Position numbers and translations under genes: made by a program. A DNA stretch of 13,429 nucleotides from Candidatus Jordarchaeales archaeon. Lineage in GTDB: Archaea; Asgardarchaeota; Jordiarchaeia; Jordiarchaeales; Freyrarchaeaceae. The stretch's first letter is position 1; every line of letters begins with the position of its first letter. Below are positions 6,242 through 13,429 of this stretch, piece after piece. Below the pieces are notes generated by a model, which did no database searches, had not been told where the DNA came from, and worked only from the letters and a program-made list of their open reading frames with translations. The stretch is taken from NCBI GenBank assembly GCA_038858525.1, contig JAWCFL010000031.1:1427-14855 (forward strand), in the 5' to 3' direction.

Positions 6242-7342
6242 TTACTTCCCTCCGATCACTGGGGGGATTAAGCCAAGCGTAACAGCGTGGTCTGCGAGGA
6301 CAAGCGCAACCATTGCCTCAACCACGGGAATAGCTCTAGGAACAATACAGGGGTCATGTCTCCCCTTGACTTCTATGGTCGTTTCTTCTCCACGGGTAAG
6401 ATCTACGGTTTTCTGGGGCTTAGATATGGAGGGAGTCGGCTTAAATGTCACCCTACACACAATGGGCATCCCACTACTTATGCCTCCAAGAATACCTCCC
6501 GCGTTATTGGTCTCTGTAACTATTTTTCCACTTCTTATGGTGAACGGGTCGTTGTGCGCTGAGCCAGTAAGTTCAGCTGCCCTAACGCCTGAACCGAACT
6601 CCACAGCCTTAACAGCTGGTATGGCGAACAGCGCCCTGCTAATATCTCCCTCAAGAGTGTCAAAGACCGGGCTGCCGACGCCGGGCGGAAGCCCAATCAC
6701 CCTGCACTCCACGACTCCCCCAACGCTGTCCCCCCTTCTCCTCACATCCTCTATGACCTCTATCATCCTAGTTGCAGCTTCAAAGTCAGGGCACCTCACA
6801 GGGTTCTCATACCTTCTCTCTATTCCCGCATCACTAACCTCTCTCGCCTCGACCCCTCCTATCTTCACCGTGTAGGCTTCCACCCTGACCCCTAATACCT
6901 CCCTCAAGAGCTTCTTCGCTACTGCTCCTCCCATGACAAAGGACGCCGTAACCCTACCAGAGAGCCTTCCCCCACCACGGAAGTCGTTGAACCCTCCATA
7001 CCTGACCCTCGCCGTGTAGTCCGCGTGTCCTGGGCGAGGCTTATCCCTAAACTCGTAGTACTTGCTGGAGTCAACGTCAAAGTTCCACACCACCATGCAT
7101 ATTGGCGCCCCCGTAGTGTAACCTTCGAAAACGCCTGATAATATCTCCACTTTGTCCTCCTCAGCTCTGCTTGTCGTCACGGTGCTTTGACCCGGCCTTC
7201 TCCTGTCAAGGTCCTCCTGTATGTCCTTCTCGCTGAGAGGTAACCCTGCAGGGCACCCGTCAACGACCGCTCCCACGCACTTTCCATGGCTCTCACCAAA
7301 GGAGACCAGCACAAAGTTCTTACCCAGAACGTTTCCTCCCAA
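6242..7342 (-). CDS. aroC: Chorismate synthase
   Basis: Motifs FGESHG, DLDRRRPGQS, RPGHAD, GGGRLSGR, GGILGGIS, FKPTPSI, GRHDPCIVPRA. TTG start with AGGAGG SD. Confidence 0.97.
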   Translation of the reverse strand: MGGNVLGKNFVLVSFGESHGKCVGAVVDGCPAGLPLSEKDIQEDLDRRRPGQSTVTTSRAEEDKVEILSGVFEGYTTGAPICMVVWNFDVDSSKYYEFRDKPRPGHADYTARVRYGGFNDFRGGGRLSGRVTASFVMGGAVAKKLLREVLGVRVEAYTVKIGGVEAREVSDAGIERRYENPVRCPDFEAATRMIEVIEDVRRRGDSVGGVVECRVIGLPPGVGSPVFDTLEGDISRALFAIPAVKAVEFGSGVRAAELTGSAHNDPFTIRSGKIVTETNNAGGILGGISSGMPIVCRVTFKPTPSISKPQKTVDLTRGEETTIEVKGRHDPCIVPRAIPVVEAMVALVLADHAVTLGLIPPVIGGK

Positions 7343-7344
7343 AC

Positions 7345-8616
7345 CTAAATCCTCCTGAAGCTTGCTCCGATTCTTGCTAGGTCGTCGAGGAAGCCGGGGT
7401 AGGATACATCCACAGATTCCTCGCCGGATACTAGAGTCTCTCCCTCCGCCGCCAGACCTGCAACCACGAGCGCCATAAACACTCTGTGATCTCCATGCGC
7501 GTCCACAGCTCCTCCCTTGACTTTTCCTCCCCTTATAACGAGCCCATCTCTCCTCTCCTCGACATCAACTCCCATCTTTGAGAGTTCAGCCGTCATCACT
7601 GATATTCTGTCACTTTCCTTGAACCTCACATGCTCAGCGTTGAATATCCTCGTTTCTCCCTCGGCAAAAGCCCCTAGAACAGAGACTACAGGTAACAGGT
7701 CGGGTGTGTCCCCACAGTCTACGTTAACCCCAGTCAGCCCTCCGCCCCCTCTAACCCTAACCCACTTCTCACCCACGTCGACATCGCATCCCATTTCTCT
7801 CAGAACTCTTATGATCTTCTTGTCACCCTGAGGTGAATCAGCATCCAAGTTTGTTACTGTCACGTCCGAGTTTGTGATGGCGGCAGCCGCTAGGATAAAC
7901 GAAGCTGACGAAAAGTCTCCGGGGACAAGGAACCTTGTAGGCTTATACCTCTCTCTTCTAGTGTGGAAGGCTCTCTCCTCTCTTTCAACTCTAACACCGA
8001 ATGCCTCCATTACTTCTATGGTTATGTCCACGTATGGCTTAGACTTAAGCTCCGACGTCAAAAATATGCTCGTATCATTCTCAGCGGCAGGAGATACAAC
8101 TAGGAGAGCGGAAATGAACTGCGAGCTCATATCCCCTCTAATAAACGCCTCGCCGCCGCGAACTCCCCCTCCCTTAACGATTATAGGAGGCGTGCCATCA
8201 CCCTTAGTTGACCAGCACTCTACTCCAAGCTGATGGAGGGCTTCGAGAAGTGGCCCCATAGGCCTCCTCCTTATCGATTCATCTCCAGTTAGCACAGTGA
8301 ACCCGGGGGCTAGGGCCGAAACTGCTGTGAGAATCCTGATCGTTGTGCCCGAATTGTCCACGTTTATAACGTCGTCCGGTGTCCTCAAAGCCTCACAGCC
8401 CTCAATAACCCACCTTTCCTCTCTTCTCGTAGCCCTAGCACCCAGAGCAATGCACCCTCTGAAGGTAGCCATAGTGTCCCTGCTTTCCAGAGGCCTCAAT
8501 ATTTCTGATGACCCATCGGCGAGGGACGCTAAGACAGCTGCCCTATGCGTGTAGCTCTTGGATGGCGGCGCCTCCACACGCCCCTCAAGCCTGCATCCCC
8601 CTGCCACCTTTATCAT
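7345..8616 (-). CDS. aroA: EPSP synthase (3-phosphoshikimate 1-carboxyvinyltransferase)
   Basis: Motifs PPSKSYTHRA, NSGTTIR, RRRPM, SSQFISALL, VPGDFSSA, RFKESDRI, DHRVFM, SYPGF. ATG 8616 overlaps the aroK stop (ATGA); the ORF track's 8631 start is less likely. Confidence 0.96.
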   Translation of the reverse strand: MIKVAGGCRLEGRVEAPPSKSYTHRAAVLASLADGSSEILRPLESRDTMATFRGCIALGARATRREERWVIEGCEALRTPDDVINVDNSGTTIRILTAVSALAPGFTVLTGDESIRRRPMGPLLEALHQLGVECWSTKGDGTPPIIVKGGGVRGGEAFIRGDMSSQFISALLVVSPAAENDTSIFLTSELKSKPYVDITIEVMEAFGVRVEREERAFHTRRERYKPTRFLVPGDFSSASFILAAAAITNSDVTVTNLDADSPQGDKKIIRVLREMGCDVDVGEKWVRVRGGGGLTGVNVDCGDTPDLLPVVSVLGAFAEGETRIFNAEHVRFKESDRISVMTAELSKMGVDVEERRDGLVIRGGKVKGGAVDAHGDHRVFMALVVAGLAAEGETLVSGEESVDVSYPGFLDDLARIGASFRRI

Positions 8617-9491
8617 GGTTCCCCTCTCCAAACAGAAACCTGCGCCTTCTTGTTATTTACATCAGCCAACATGACGTTTCCCTCAAACTGGCTCCAAGCA
8701 TCAACCACATCATCCATTTTCTCAGGCGGAACCAGGGCGACTGTGGCTGGTCCTGTTCCCGAAAGCCCCGCCGCCACCGCCCCTGCCTCAAGCGCCCTCA
8801 CGGCAGCCTCAGGGCTAAGCCCGAGAGAGGCAGAGTAAGCCAGCCCATTGAGAGTCATAGCCCTCAAATAGTCCCCTCTCAACGCGAGCTCCAGGGCAGC
8901 CTCAACCAAGCTTCTCATGGCCTTCATGCGTCTAACGTTAATACCACTCTTGCGTATCTTCTCGGAGGGAACCAGTATCACCACCTTAAACTCCTCGGGA
9001 AAGTACTCCATGCGCAGTATACTCCTCTTTTCATTATCTGTCACAACGACTCCTCCAAAATATGATGCGCATGCGTCGTCAAAGGCTCCCGTTACAGTCA
9101 CCCCTGCCTCTATGGCGGCCTCAACACCCAATAAAACTGCGTCCACATCGTCCATTTTTTTACCTAGCGCTGCAAGTGTCGCGAGCACCACAGCGTTAGC
9201 CGCGGCACTACTACTTTTAAGTCCCCTCGAAACCGGAATGTTTGACTCAGTTATAACCCTCGCACCGTACTCGGAAACGTTAAACTTTTCCAGCACTTTT
9301 CTCACAGCTACCCTTATCAGCTTCGTGTCCTCCTCCGGGTCATTGAGTATTCTGCCCTCCACCACCCCCGCCTCATCCGTCAATTCCACTCTTGCTCTCG
9401 TCCACAAATCAACGCCGAACGCCGAGCCCTTACCACACGCTATAGCGTTAACAATTGTTCCCGCACCGTGCACCACAGCTTCCCCTATCAC
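8613..9491 (-). CDS. aroK: Archaeal shikimate kinase (GHMP kinase family)
   Basis: GAGTIVNAIACGKGSAFG N-terminus, GHMP motif SNIPVSRGLKSSSAAANA, VTVTGAFDDACAS, GLSGTGPA. The preferred start is GTG 9491 behind GGGGGG; ATG 9515 is an alternative. Confidence 0.93.
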   Translation of the reverse strand: MIGEAVVHGAGTIVNAIACGKGSAFGVDLWTRARVELTDEAGVVEGRILNDPEEDTKLIRVAVRKVLEKFNVSEYGARVITESNIPVSRGLKSSSAAANAVVLATLAALGKKMDDVDAVLLGVEAAIEAGVTVTGAFDDACASYFGGVVVTDNEKRSILRMEYFPEEFKVVILVPSEKIRKSGINVRRMKAMRSLVEAALELALRGDYLRAMTLNGLAYSASLGLSPEAAVRALEAGAVAAGLSGTGPATVALVPPEKMDDVVDAWSQFEGNVMLADVNNKKAQVSVWRGEP

Positions 9492-10347
9492 TTTCCCCCC
9501 GTCCTGTAAGCCCATCTATGACTGCCCTCCTCATAATGTCCTTAGGCGGGTTCACGCCCGTCCAGAGCTTGAATGCTACCGCCCCTTGATTCACCAGCAT
9601 TCCCACACCATCAATAGTCTTCGCGCCGACACTCCTCGCATCCCTGAGAAGCTTAGTCTCTATCGGGTTATAGACTGCATCAAAAACCGTCAGGCTGCTT
9701 TTCAAGACTTCACGGGGAACGGGGCTATCATCAACATCGGGGTACATGCCGACAGACGTAGCATTGACGAGCAACACGGCATCCTTAAGTTCCCCCTCCA
9801 AAACTTCCCTCCTCAGCCCCCCTCCCCTCACGCTCCAGCCTTTCCTCCTTAGCTCCTCAGCCAGCGCTATAGCCTTAGAGTCAGTCCTATTAAGTAGGAC
9901 GAGCTCCGAAGCTAATGGCGCAAGGGAGTAAGCTATTGCTCTAGCCGCCCCCCCAGCTCCCAAGACGACAACCTTTCCCCCATTAACCTCAACCTTTTCT
10001 TCCTTCAGCGCCTCTAGGCACCCTAACCCATCCGTGTTATAGCCTTTCAGCTCTCCACGCTCTACAACTATGGTGTTAACTGCCCCGATATCCAAAGCGT
10101 TTTCATCAACCCAGTCCAGAAGAGGCATCACTGAGACCTTGTGCGGTATAGTTACGTTGACCCCTCTCAGGTTAAGCGCTCTCACTCCCTCAACGGCTTT
10201 TCTAAGCATGTCCCCACTAACCCTGAAGGGAACGTAAACATAGTCCAGTTTCAGGTGCTCGAAGGCAGCATTGTGCATTCTTGGAGAAAGGCTGTGCTCT
10301 ACTGGGTCCCCTATTATGCCGACGACCCTCGTGCCTCCTCCTATCAA
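9448..10347 (-). CDS. aroE: Shikimate dehydrogenase
   Basis: Motifs GIIGDPVEHSLSP, NVTIPHK, GAVNT, GYNTDG, LGAGGAARA, NRT, NATSVGM, DAVYNP, GMLVNQG. The likely start is TTG 10347, because the ORF track's start overlaps spt5. The 3' end overlaps aroK by 44 nt. Confidence 0.95.
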   Translation of the reverse strand: MIGGGTRVVGIIGDPVEHSLSPRMHNAAFEHLKLDYVYVPFRVSGDMLRKAVEGVRALNLRGVNVTIPHKVSVMPLLDWVDENALDIGAVNTIVVERGELKGYNTDGLGCLEALKEEKVEVNGGKVVVLGAGGAARAIAYSLAPLASELVLLNRTDSKAIALAEELRRKGWSVRGGGLRREVLEGELKDAVLLVNATSVGMYPDVDDSPVPREVLKSSLTVFDAVYNPIETKLLRDARSVGAKTIDGVGMLVNQGAVAFKLWTGVNPPKDIMRRAVIDGLTGRGESDRGSCGARCGNNC

Positions 10348-10378
10348 CCCCTGAATCCCCCGTAATCCCTCCTTTACT

Positions 10379-10864
10379 TTACTCCTCTTCCCCTTCTTCA
10401 CCTCGCCTCCCCACAAGCTTGACGTAGTCAGCGTGAACCTTTATCGGGATAGGGTTAGGCGACTCTATAAGCTCTAAAACTACCTCTTCCTTACTGGTGT
10501 CAACTCTTACTATTGTTGCTTTCTCCCCTTTGAATGGCCCCCTAATTATTTCAACGACGTCGCCGGCACTGATCATGCTAACTTGGCTTTTGACGGTTAT
10601 GAAAGGCTCTATGTCATCCAGCTTCACCCTACCGCTAACCTGCCCCCTCACGTGAGGTATGCCAGCAGTCGCCGTTAGAACATCCTTAAGACTGCCCGCC
10701 TCTATAAAAATATAGCCGTTAAGCGTCTCCGGGACCAGAATGGCTTTGATGTCAATGTCCTTCGAACCCTTAACCCTCCGCTCTATGATCTCCGCTACAG
10801 CCTTCTCCTGCCCAATCGTAGTTCTTATAGCAAAAATGTTTCCACCAACAGACAACCCGCCCAT
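10379..10864 (-). CDS. spt5: Transcription elongation factor Spt5 (archaeal NusG)
   Basis: NGN domain (IFAIRTTIGQE...GYIFIEA...IPHVRG) and KOW motif GDVVEIIRGPFKGEKA; located directly downstream of secE. Confidence 0.95.
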   Translation of the reverse strand: MGGLSVGGNIFAIRTTIGQEKAVAEIIERRVKGSKDIDIKAILVPETLNGYIFIEAGSLKDVLTATAGIPHVRGQVSGRVKLDDIEPFITVKSQVSMISAGDVVEIIRGPFKGEKATIVRVDTSKEEVVLELIESPNPIPIKVHADYVKLVGRRGEEGEEE

Positions 10865-10867
10865 CTC

Positions 10868-11158
10868 CTAAGAAGGCGATAAGCCGATCATTGGAAGAAA
10901 ACCATTAACTAACACAAACTTGATTAAGAAAGCCAAGCCGCCTACTATCAAGATCCCAACTATACTTATCCTTACAATCAGCCACATTTCCTCCCTCGTC
11001 GGGTACCTCGCAGCTCTGAATACTCTCACGGTCCTCCTGACCACCCTCGACTGAGAAACCCACTTCACTATCCTTGACTCTGCAGCCTTCCTCACCAAGC
11101 GGTTTCCCCTAACTCTGCCAAGGACAGCTCTCACCTTACCGAGTCGCGTTTTGAACAT
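10868..11158 (-). CDS. secE: Protein translocase subunit SecE / Sec61-gamma
   Basis: RVFRAARYPTREEM hinge followed by a single TM helix (LIVRISIVGILIVGGLAFLIKFVL), in the conserved ftsZ-secE-spt5 order. ATG at 11158; the exact start is uncertain. Confidence 0.85.
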   Translation of the reverse strand: MFKTRLGKVRAVLGRVRGNRLVRKAAESRIVKWVSQSRVVRRTVRVFRAARYPTREEMWLIVRISIVGILIVGGLAFLIKFVLVNGFLPMIGLSPS

Positions 11159-11401
11159 CAAAACCCATCCTCTACATGCTCGACTTCAGAGAAACATTTA
11201 ATCTCCTATTGAAATATTTTTCCCAGAAAACAAAGAAACAACCTTTTATATCCAAAAAAGCGCGAAAACGCGAAAAGAACAATTTAAAATAAACGACCAA
11301 AACTGCCAAGCTTCAAGTCGAGACCGCTTGTTTTTCGTGAAACGCAAATAGAGTTGTCTGTGGAACTTGAGTGGATGATTGACTCTTCAGTGTTCTGCGC
11401 G

Positions 11402-12463
11402 TTAAATTTTTGTCAGTTGAAGTTCTGGTGGCACAACCCATTCCCCTGAAAGTATCTGCTCTACTTGGCGGTAAGTTACTCCACTTATAACTAGTGAAAC
11501 GCGTATCTTGTCCTTTAGGGCTGGATCTATGATGGCGCCCCATATTATCTCTCCATCAGGGGATATTCGTTCAGACATGCTCCTTATTGCCGCCTCTGCC
11601 TCGTGAAGTTTTAAGTCCTGGTCCCCCGTGACGTTTACTAGTGCCCCTGTGGCGCACGAGAGGTCGATGTCGAGGAGTGGGTTGTTCAGCGCATCCTCCA
11701 CGGCTTTCTCCTCTCTCCTCTCGCCGCTCGCCTCTCCGAGAGAGATGAGCGCCGCGCCCCCCTTCTTAATTATAGTTCTTACGTTTGCAAGGTCGACGTT
11801 AACTAGACCCGGCTTGGTTATCATCTCTGATACAGCCTTAACGCCCCTAACAAGTATCTCGTCAGCCAGCCTGAAGGCTTGGATCAAGGAGAGGTTTGGA
11901 GCGACCTCAAGAAGCTTCTCGTTTGGCACAACTATAACTGTATCCGAAACTCTGGAGAGCTTCTTGAGCCCCGAGGATGCACTTCTCCACCTCCTTGCAC
12001 CTTCAGCTATGAAGGGCAGTGTGCACACTGCAACGGTTAATGCTCCCGCTTTCCTCGCTGCTTCAGCTATTACTGGGGATGCACCCGTCCCTGTTCCGCC
12101 ACCCAGGCCGCACGCCACAAACACTAGGTCGCCCGAAATCATCTTCTTTATCTCTTCGATACTCTCTTTCGCCGCAGCCTCACCAACATCCGGGTCGTTT
12201 CCAGCACCAAGCCCCTTCGTCGTCTCCTTCCCTATCAGTAGCTTCTTATCAGCCTTAATATTTAACAAGTCTTGAGCATCAGTATTGACTGCAATGAGCT
12301 CAACGCCCTCTACACCAACGCTGGAAAGTCTATTGATGGCGTTATTTCCAGCACCACCTACCCCAAAAACCTGAATCTTAGGCATGTAACTTAAAATCTC
12401 GTCGAACTCACTCTTTTCATCCTGTTGATTTTCCTGCAAAATCTCTTCTATGATGCTCTCCAT
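11402..12463 (-). CDS. ftsZ: FtsZ, archaeal FtsZ1-type, with non-canonical T7 loop
   Basis: Motifs VFGVGGAGNN, NTDAQ, GLGAG, tubulin signature GLGGGTGTG, PFxxEGxRR, LLDID, IIWGA. The N-terminal extension MESIIEE and the secE-spt5 neighbourhood match FtsZ1. Strong SD GAGAGGAGGG. Confidence 0.97.
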   Translation of the reverse strand: MESIIEEILQENQQDEKSEFDEILSYMPKIQVFGVGGAGNNAINRLSSVGVEGVELIAVNTDAQDLLNIKADKKLLIGKETTKGLGAGNDPDVGEAAAKESIEEIKKMISGDLVFVACGLGGGTGTGASPVIAEAARKAGALTVAVCTLPFIAEGARRWRSASSGLKKLSRVSDTVIVVPNEKLLEVAPNLSLIQAFRLADEILVRGVKAVSEMITKPGLVNVDLANVRTIIKKGGAALISLGEASGERREEKAVEDALNNPLLDIDLSCATGALVNVTGDQDLKLHEAEAAIRSMSERISPDGEIIWGAIIDPALKDKIRVSLVISGVTYRQVEQILSGEWVVPPELQLTKI

Positions 12464-12481
12464 AGGAACACCCTCCTCTCA

Positions 12482-12506
12482 TTAACGTAAAAGGCTTAAC
12501 GTAAAA
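12482..12506. promoter_or_regulatory. Perfect 11-bp direct repeat in the ftsZ / dtdA divergent region
   Basis: TTAACGTAAAA at 12482-12492 and 12496-12506 (14-bp period), directly upstream of the ftsZ SD. Confidence 0.5.
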
Positions 12507-12564
12507 CTTTTCATGTTACCTAGGTTATACACATGTGACCCAGCTAGGAAAGCGTGGTGCACAG

Positions 12565-13401
12565 ATGCGGAGAATACTCGTTGTGGCTTCGCTGCGTGAC
12601 CCTGCAGGAATGAACATCTCTAACCACCTCAGAAGGATCGCGGAGCTGAAAGAGCAGCAGCCCCCAAAGCAATGCACGGCATGCTGGAAAGGGATTGTTG
12701 GGGAAGCTGAATTAGTACTAGTTCACGTTGCGGAAGACATCCTTTACTGCGACGGAGTGGAGAAGCTTTTCGACGTGGAGCTGGTCGTTTACGCTAGCAG
12801 GCACAGTAGCTCAGCCAACATGGCGACCTTATCCGTCCACGTCTCGGGCAACTGGGACAAGGCCGAGTATGGCGGTGAGCCCAGAAAGCTTAGCGTGGCG
12901 TCGCCAATGCATGTTAAAGCAGCCCTAAAGTCCCTCGCCAGACTGAAAGAGGAGTATTCGCTGAGCGGCTTCACCGTGGCGCAGGAGCAAACTCATCATG
13001 GCCCAACGGTTGACGTTCCATCCATGTTCATCGAGATAGGAAGTAGCGAGAAAGAGTGGGTAAATGAGGCGGCCGGGAGGATTGTTGCTGAGGCAATCAT
13101 GGAACTGTTGGTTCATCCGCCTGAGAAATGCATTAACGCTGTAGGTTTTGGAGGTGGACACTACGCTCCTAAGTTCACAGAGGTAAACCTTAACTCCAGT
13201 ATAGGCGTAGGACACATAGCTTCTAAATACTACACTGGCACGCTGGATGAAAACCTCCTTCAGCAAGCTGTTGACAAAACGCTGGGGGGTGTAGACCTCT
13301 TCGTGCTCGACTGGAAGGGAATGAAGGGAGAAGAGCGGGGAAGGATCGTAAGTTTCGCCGAGCCAAAAGGCATAAAAATTACGAAAACAAAAGAAATCTA
13401 G
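12565..13401 (+). CDS. dtdA: Archaeal D-aminoacyl-tRNA deacylase (DTD2)
   Basis: Motifs SRHSS, LSVHVSGN, THHGPT, FIEIGS, GFGGGHYAP, GHIA. ATG 12565 with GTGGTG SD; GTG 12535 is an alternative start. Confidence 0.93.
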   Translation: MRRILVVASLRDPAGMNISNHLRRIAELKEQQPPKQCTACWKGIVGEAELVLVHVAEDILYCDGVEKLFDVELVVYASRHSSSANMATLSVHVSGNWDKAEYGGEPRKLSVASPMHVKAALKSLARLKEEYSLSGFTVAQEQTHHGPTVDVPSMFIEIGSSEKEWVNEAAGRIVAEAIMELLVHPPEKCINAVGFGGGHYAPKFTEVNLNSSIGVGHIASKYYTGTLDENLLQQAVDKTLGGVDLFVLDWKGMKGEERGRIVSFAEPKGIKITKTKEI

Positions 13402-13429
13402 TTTTCTATTGAAACTTCAGTCTTCTAAA

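Noticed and set aside
6004-9931. Long antisense ORFs over the aro genes (6366-6875, 7517-7831, 7874-8233, 8508-9065, 8917-9852)
   Set aside because: They have no motifs, SD or coherent composition, and are expected from codon bias on the opposite strand of real genes.
11159-11401. Possible ncRNA or small ORF in the ftsZ-secE gap (CGCGAAAA twice at 11261-11276; 8-bp inverted repeat 11179-11186 / 11315-11322; ORF 11313-11543)
   Set aside because: There is no tRNA cloverleaf or complete C/D box pair. The repeats are short enough to be chance, and the region is consistent with a T-rich ftsZ terminator plus a secE promoter, neither of which I can place precisely.
11628-12275. 215-aa ORF antisense to ftsZ
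   Set aside because: It is an antisense shadow of a conserved gene with no independent coding signal.
13408-13415. ATTGAAAC (and GTTTC-AAAA-GAAAC at 4992-5005) resembling archaeal CRISPR repeat ends
   Set aside because: Each is a single short occurrence with no array structure. The window ends 14 nt after the first, so flanking sequence would be needed to exclude an array fully.

Overview
This is a gene-dense archaeal core-genome window with no mobile element, CRISPR array, rRNA or tRNA. The archaeal origin is supported by a GHMP-type shikimate kinase, a DTD2 deacylase, Spt5, a Sec61-gamma-type SecE and an FtsZ1-type FtsZ. The lineage cannot be fixed from sequence alone, and E/K/R-rich proteins suggest a thermophile. 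Left to right: a 3'-truncated ribokinase (-, missed by the ORF track); a 659-aa head-rod-winged-helix coiled-coil protein (+) with a perfect 42-bp (two-heptad) tandem repeat; an Lrp/AsnC regulator (-) divergent from glnA (+); a 61-aa Cys/His-rich zinc-finger microprotein (-); a tightly coupled minus-strand run secE-spt5-aroE-aroK-aroA-aroC-aroQ-tyrA; ftsZ (-); and the divergent dtdA (+). The most notable observations are these. (1) FtsZ has intact GTP-binding motifs but Asn at the catalytic T7-loop Asp (NVDLAN instead of NxDFAD). (2) The ATPase-less coiled-coil/wH protein appears to lengthen in exact heptad multiples. (3) A G6 tract at the aroE/aroK junction would give clean coupling at +1 G and a fusion at -1 G. 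(4) The aro operon sits where the rpl11 cluster usually follows spt5. (5) There is an orphan B-box-like microprotein and several candidate operator repeats. All calls come from motif reading; no searches were run.
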